DNA from: Marsupella aquatica
Lineage: Eukaryota; Plantae; Marchantiophyta
Length of the DNA stretch: 64,000 nt
Assembly: GCA_973895155.1 (NCBI GenBank)
Contig: OZ316891.1
Coordinates: 31,999,112-32,063,111, forward strand
Direction: 5' to 3'
Shown: positions 62,301 to 64,000 of the stretch, piece by piece
How the letters are laid out: the number at the start of each line of letters is the position of its first letter
Position numbering within the stretch: the stretch's first letter is position 1
Notes under the pieces: model-generated
What the model was told of the DNA's origin: nothing
Databases searched by the model: none
What the model saw: the letters and a program-made list of their open reading frames with translations, nothing else
Made by a program: the position numbers and the translations under genes

Positions 62301-63098
62301 CCCAAGCTAATGCTGTGTGGTTGTTTGTTCAGGGAGTATGAGTCATTGAAGGTGGCCCATCCCACTGCAGGAACAACTTTTCCAGGTTTCATGGAGTGGA
62401 TTAGAGTGGCAATTAGAGAGCATCACGAGACCGACCCAGACATGGATGCAGACGTTTACCTACTGTCTAATGCCCCTAGCCTGAAAGTGAAGACTTACAA
62501 ACGGATGAGAGCATATGGGAATCACTTTCAAGTGAAGGATGGTGACAGTGCCTACAGGGTGACAAATGACTGTGGGCTCATCACTGTATTTGAGCAACAG
62601 AGCCACAATCATGACAGGGCCTGGATGGAGATGGGATATGTGGGAGAATTAGTTGACATATGGGCTCTGGACTATGGGGCGGTGTCCAGTCCTGTGATTC
62701 TTATGAAAGGTTCATGGGTGCGGCAGGATTGGCTTGGTAATAGACCTACCATGAAGAGAGACAACGACGGTTTCTTGCTGGCCAATTTCAGAGGGAAATT
62801 GCCCGAATGGTCTGAGCCATTTGTGTTTCCCAGTCAGGTGGAGCAAGCTTTCTTCTTGGATGTGGAAGACTCCCCAGGTTGGCGTGTAGTGTGGCATAAA
62901 CAGGCCAGGCAACGTTGGATGGAAGGATCAAACCTTGAGTTTCATTTACACTCTCATAGTGCCTTTGATCGTCGGCGTTCAGACCAAGTGCCTGTAGTTC
63001 ATGATAGCGAGGACTTCATTCCTGTGACAAGGGTAGATGCAATTGCTGAAGGAGGCAAATTCAGAGATGCAGATGCCAACAGTGTGCCTGTGCCATGA
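59363..63098 (+). pseudogene. CACTA/En-Spm transposase TnpD/TNP2 (transposase-associated, Transposase_21, DUF4218 and DUF4216 regions), decayed
   Basis: CPCAIC...HIAVHG, IHACPDGHVLF, LRHFPLIPRLQRMF, RNVRLGLSLDGVNPF, YNLPPW, MHIEKNICES, MKSHDYH, FPPAFFDVMTHL, EPFVFPSQVEQAFF; introns 61191-61312 and 62217-62331; stops at 59594 and 61533, frameshift near 60175. Confidence 0.95.
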
Positions 63099-63167
63099 GT
63101 AATGTTGAATTGTTTGCATGGACATTAGTGAGGGGATGTGTAATAAAGTAATTCTGAAGCAACACAG

Positions 63168-64000
63168 ATGTATGGATGGATGCCTGGTGATTGTGGTTGC
63201 ATTGTGTTATATGGGGTGACCATAGATGACATGTTTTTGTGGTCCAGTAGGATGGAACAGAGTGACACAGAGATGTGTGAGTATGAAAGGAAAGCTATGG
63301 AACAACGAGCATACGTGAAAGCCAAAATTGTAGAACTGGATCTGGAAAAGGATGTGGCTGAATTGTGAGGGAACGATTCTCAACTACACCCCTCCGCTGA
63401 GTTTGTGTGACATGAATAGTTCAATGTGGCACTGAAATTGTGACTGTATTCTCATATTGGAATGCCGCAGAGCAGCAGGTTTTTCAAAGAAACAAAAGGA
63501 GTACGCAAGAAGGGTGACCAACACTATCTCTGGGCCTGTGCGTTGGAGTGACAGGTTGAGCAAGAAGGTCGTACCTACAAGGCAGAATGTGGAGATGACA
63601 TGGATGCTATGCAAGTGGGTGCAGACACTAGACAAGAAGATGCAGATGATGAGTATTTTCCAGAGGAAATGGATGAGGATGGGGGTTATGAAGATGAATA
63701 CATTGCAGAGCAGCCCCAAAAGAAATAGGTAAGTAGTTTTCCCAACAAGCTAGGTTTAGAGTTAAAACTCTTGTTGAGAGGTTTCATATGTTCAGTACTA
63801 CACCCTATGTACCTTGCTTAGTTCCTGACATTGTAGTTGGTGATGTGATGCAGCGTCCTGCCAATTCTGTTTTGCCTGCAAAGCCCGTGCATGCACCATA
63901 CCAACAGGGGGGGCTGACCTCTGATCAAGGTTGGCGAGGTGGTAGTAGTGGTAGATCCCAAGCTGGTGCCCAATACTATGGCAGGGGGCAAGCTCTAGGT
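63168..64000 (+). other. Probable 5' exons of the second CACTA gene (TnpA-like)
   Basis: Acidic coding-like stretch 63460-63729 ending in AG|GTAAGT, then an acceptor near 63836; position is typical but no diagnostic motif is seen. Confidence 0.35.

Larger units (their letters stand above)
49658..64000 (+). mobile_element. CACTA element 2 (related to element 1), with cargo and a decayed transposase; runs past the window end
   Basis: TIR CACTAGAAGAAACCGG (15/16 with element 1) preceded by TGA; the equivalent site at 59020 is uninterrupted; transposase at 59363-63098. Confidence 0.88.

Overview
Eukaryotic, most likely non-seed land-plant (bryophyte-like; inference), repeat-rich DNA made almost entirely of nested mobile elements. 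From left to right: (1) a young Ty1/copia element, whose gag and pol are separated by one in-frame TGA, inserted in an L1-type LINE, which itself interrupts a Crinkler (CRN)-like gene; (2) two copies of a ~4.4-kb duplicated unit (7433-11866 and 23011-32516) carrying a spliced CRN-like gene (helical/SAM-like header + PD-(D/E)xK nuclease-like + kinase), whose header exon is far more divergent between copies than the adjacent intron; (3) a MITE and a Helitron; (4) several very large (2.4-6.6 kb) TG...CA elements that look like solo LTRs, most of which encode their own proteins in two recurring families; (5) two related CACTA transposons, one nested in the other. Both CACTA elements carry the same cargo block: a Cys-rich ORF, an EDM2-type PHD-finger cluster, a tandem Pol-lambda-like BRCT ORF and an F-box ORF. 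In the second element this block lies directly upstream of the transposase, and the element also holds a captured RPL18a exon. All family assignments come from motif recognition by eye; no searches were run.
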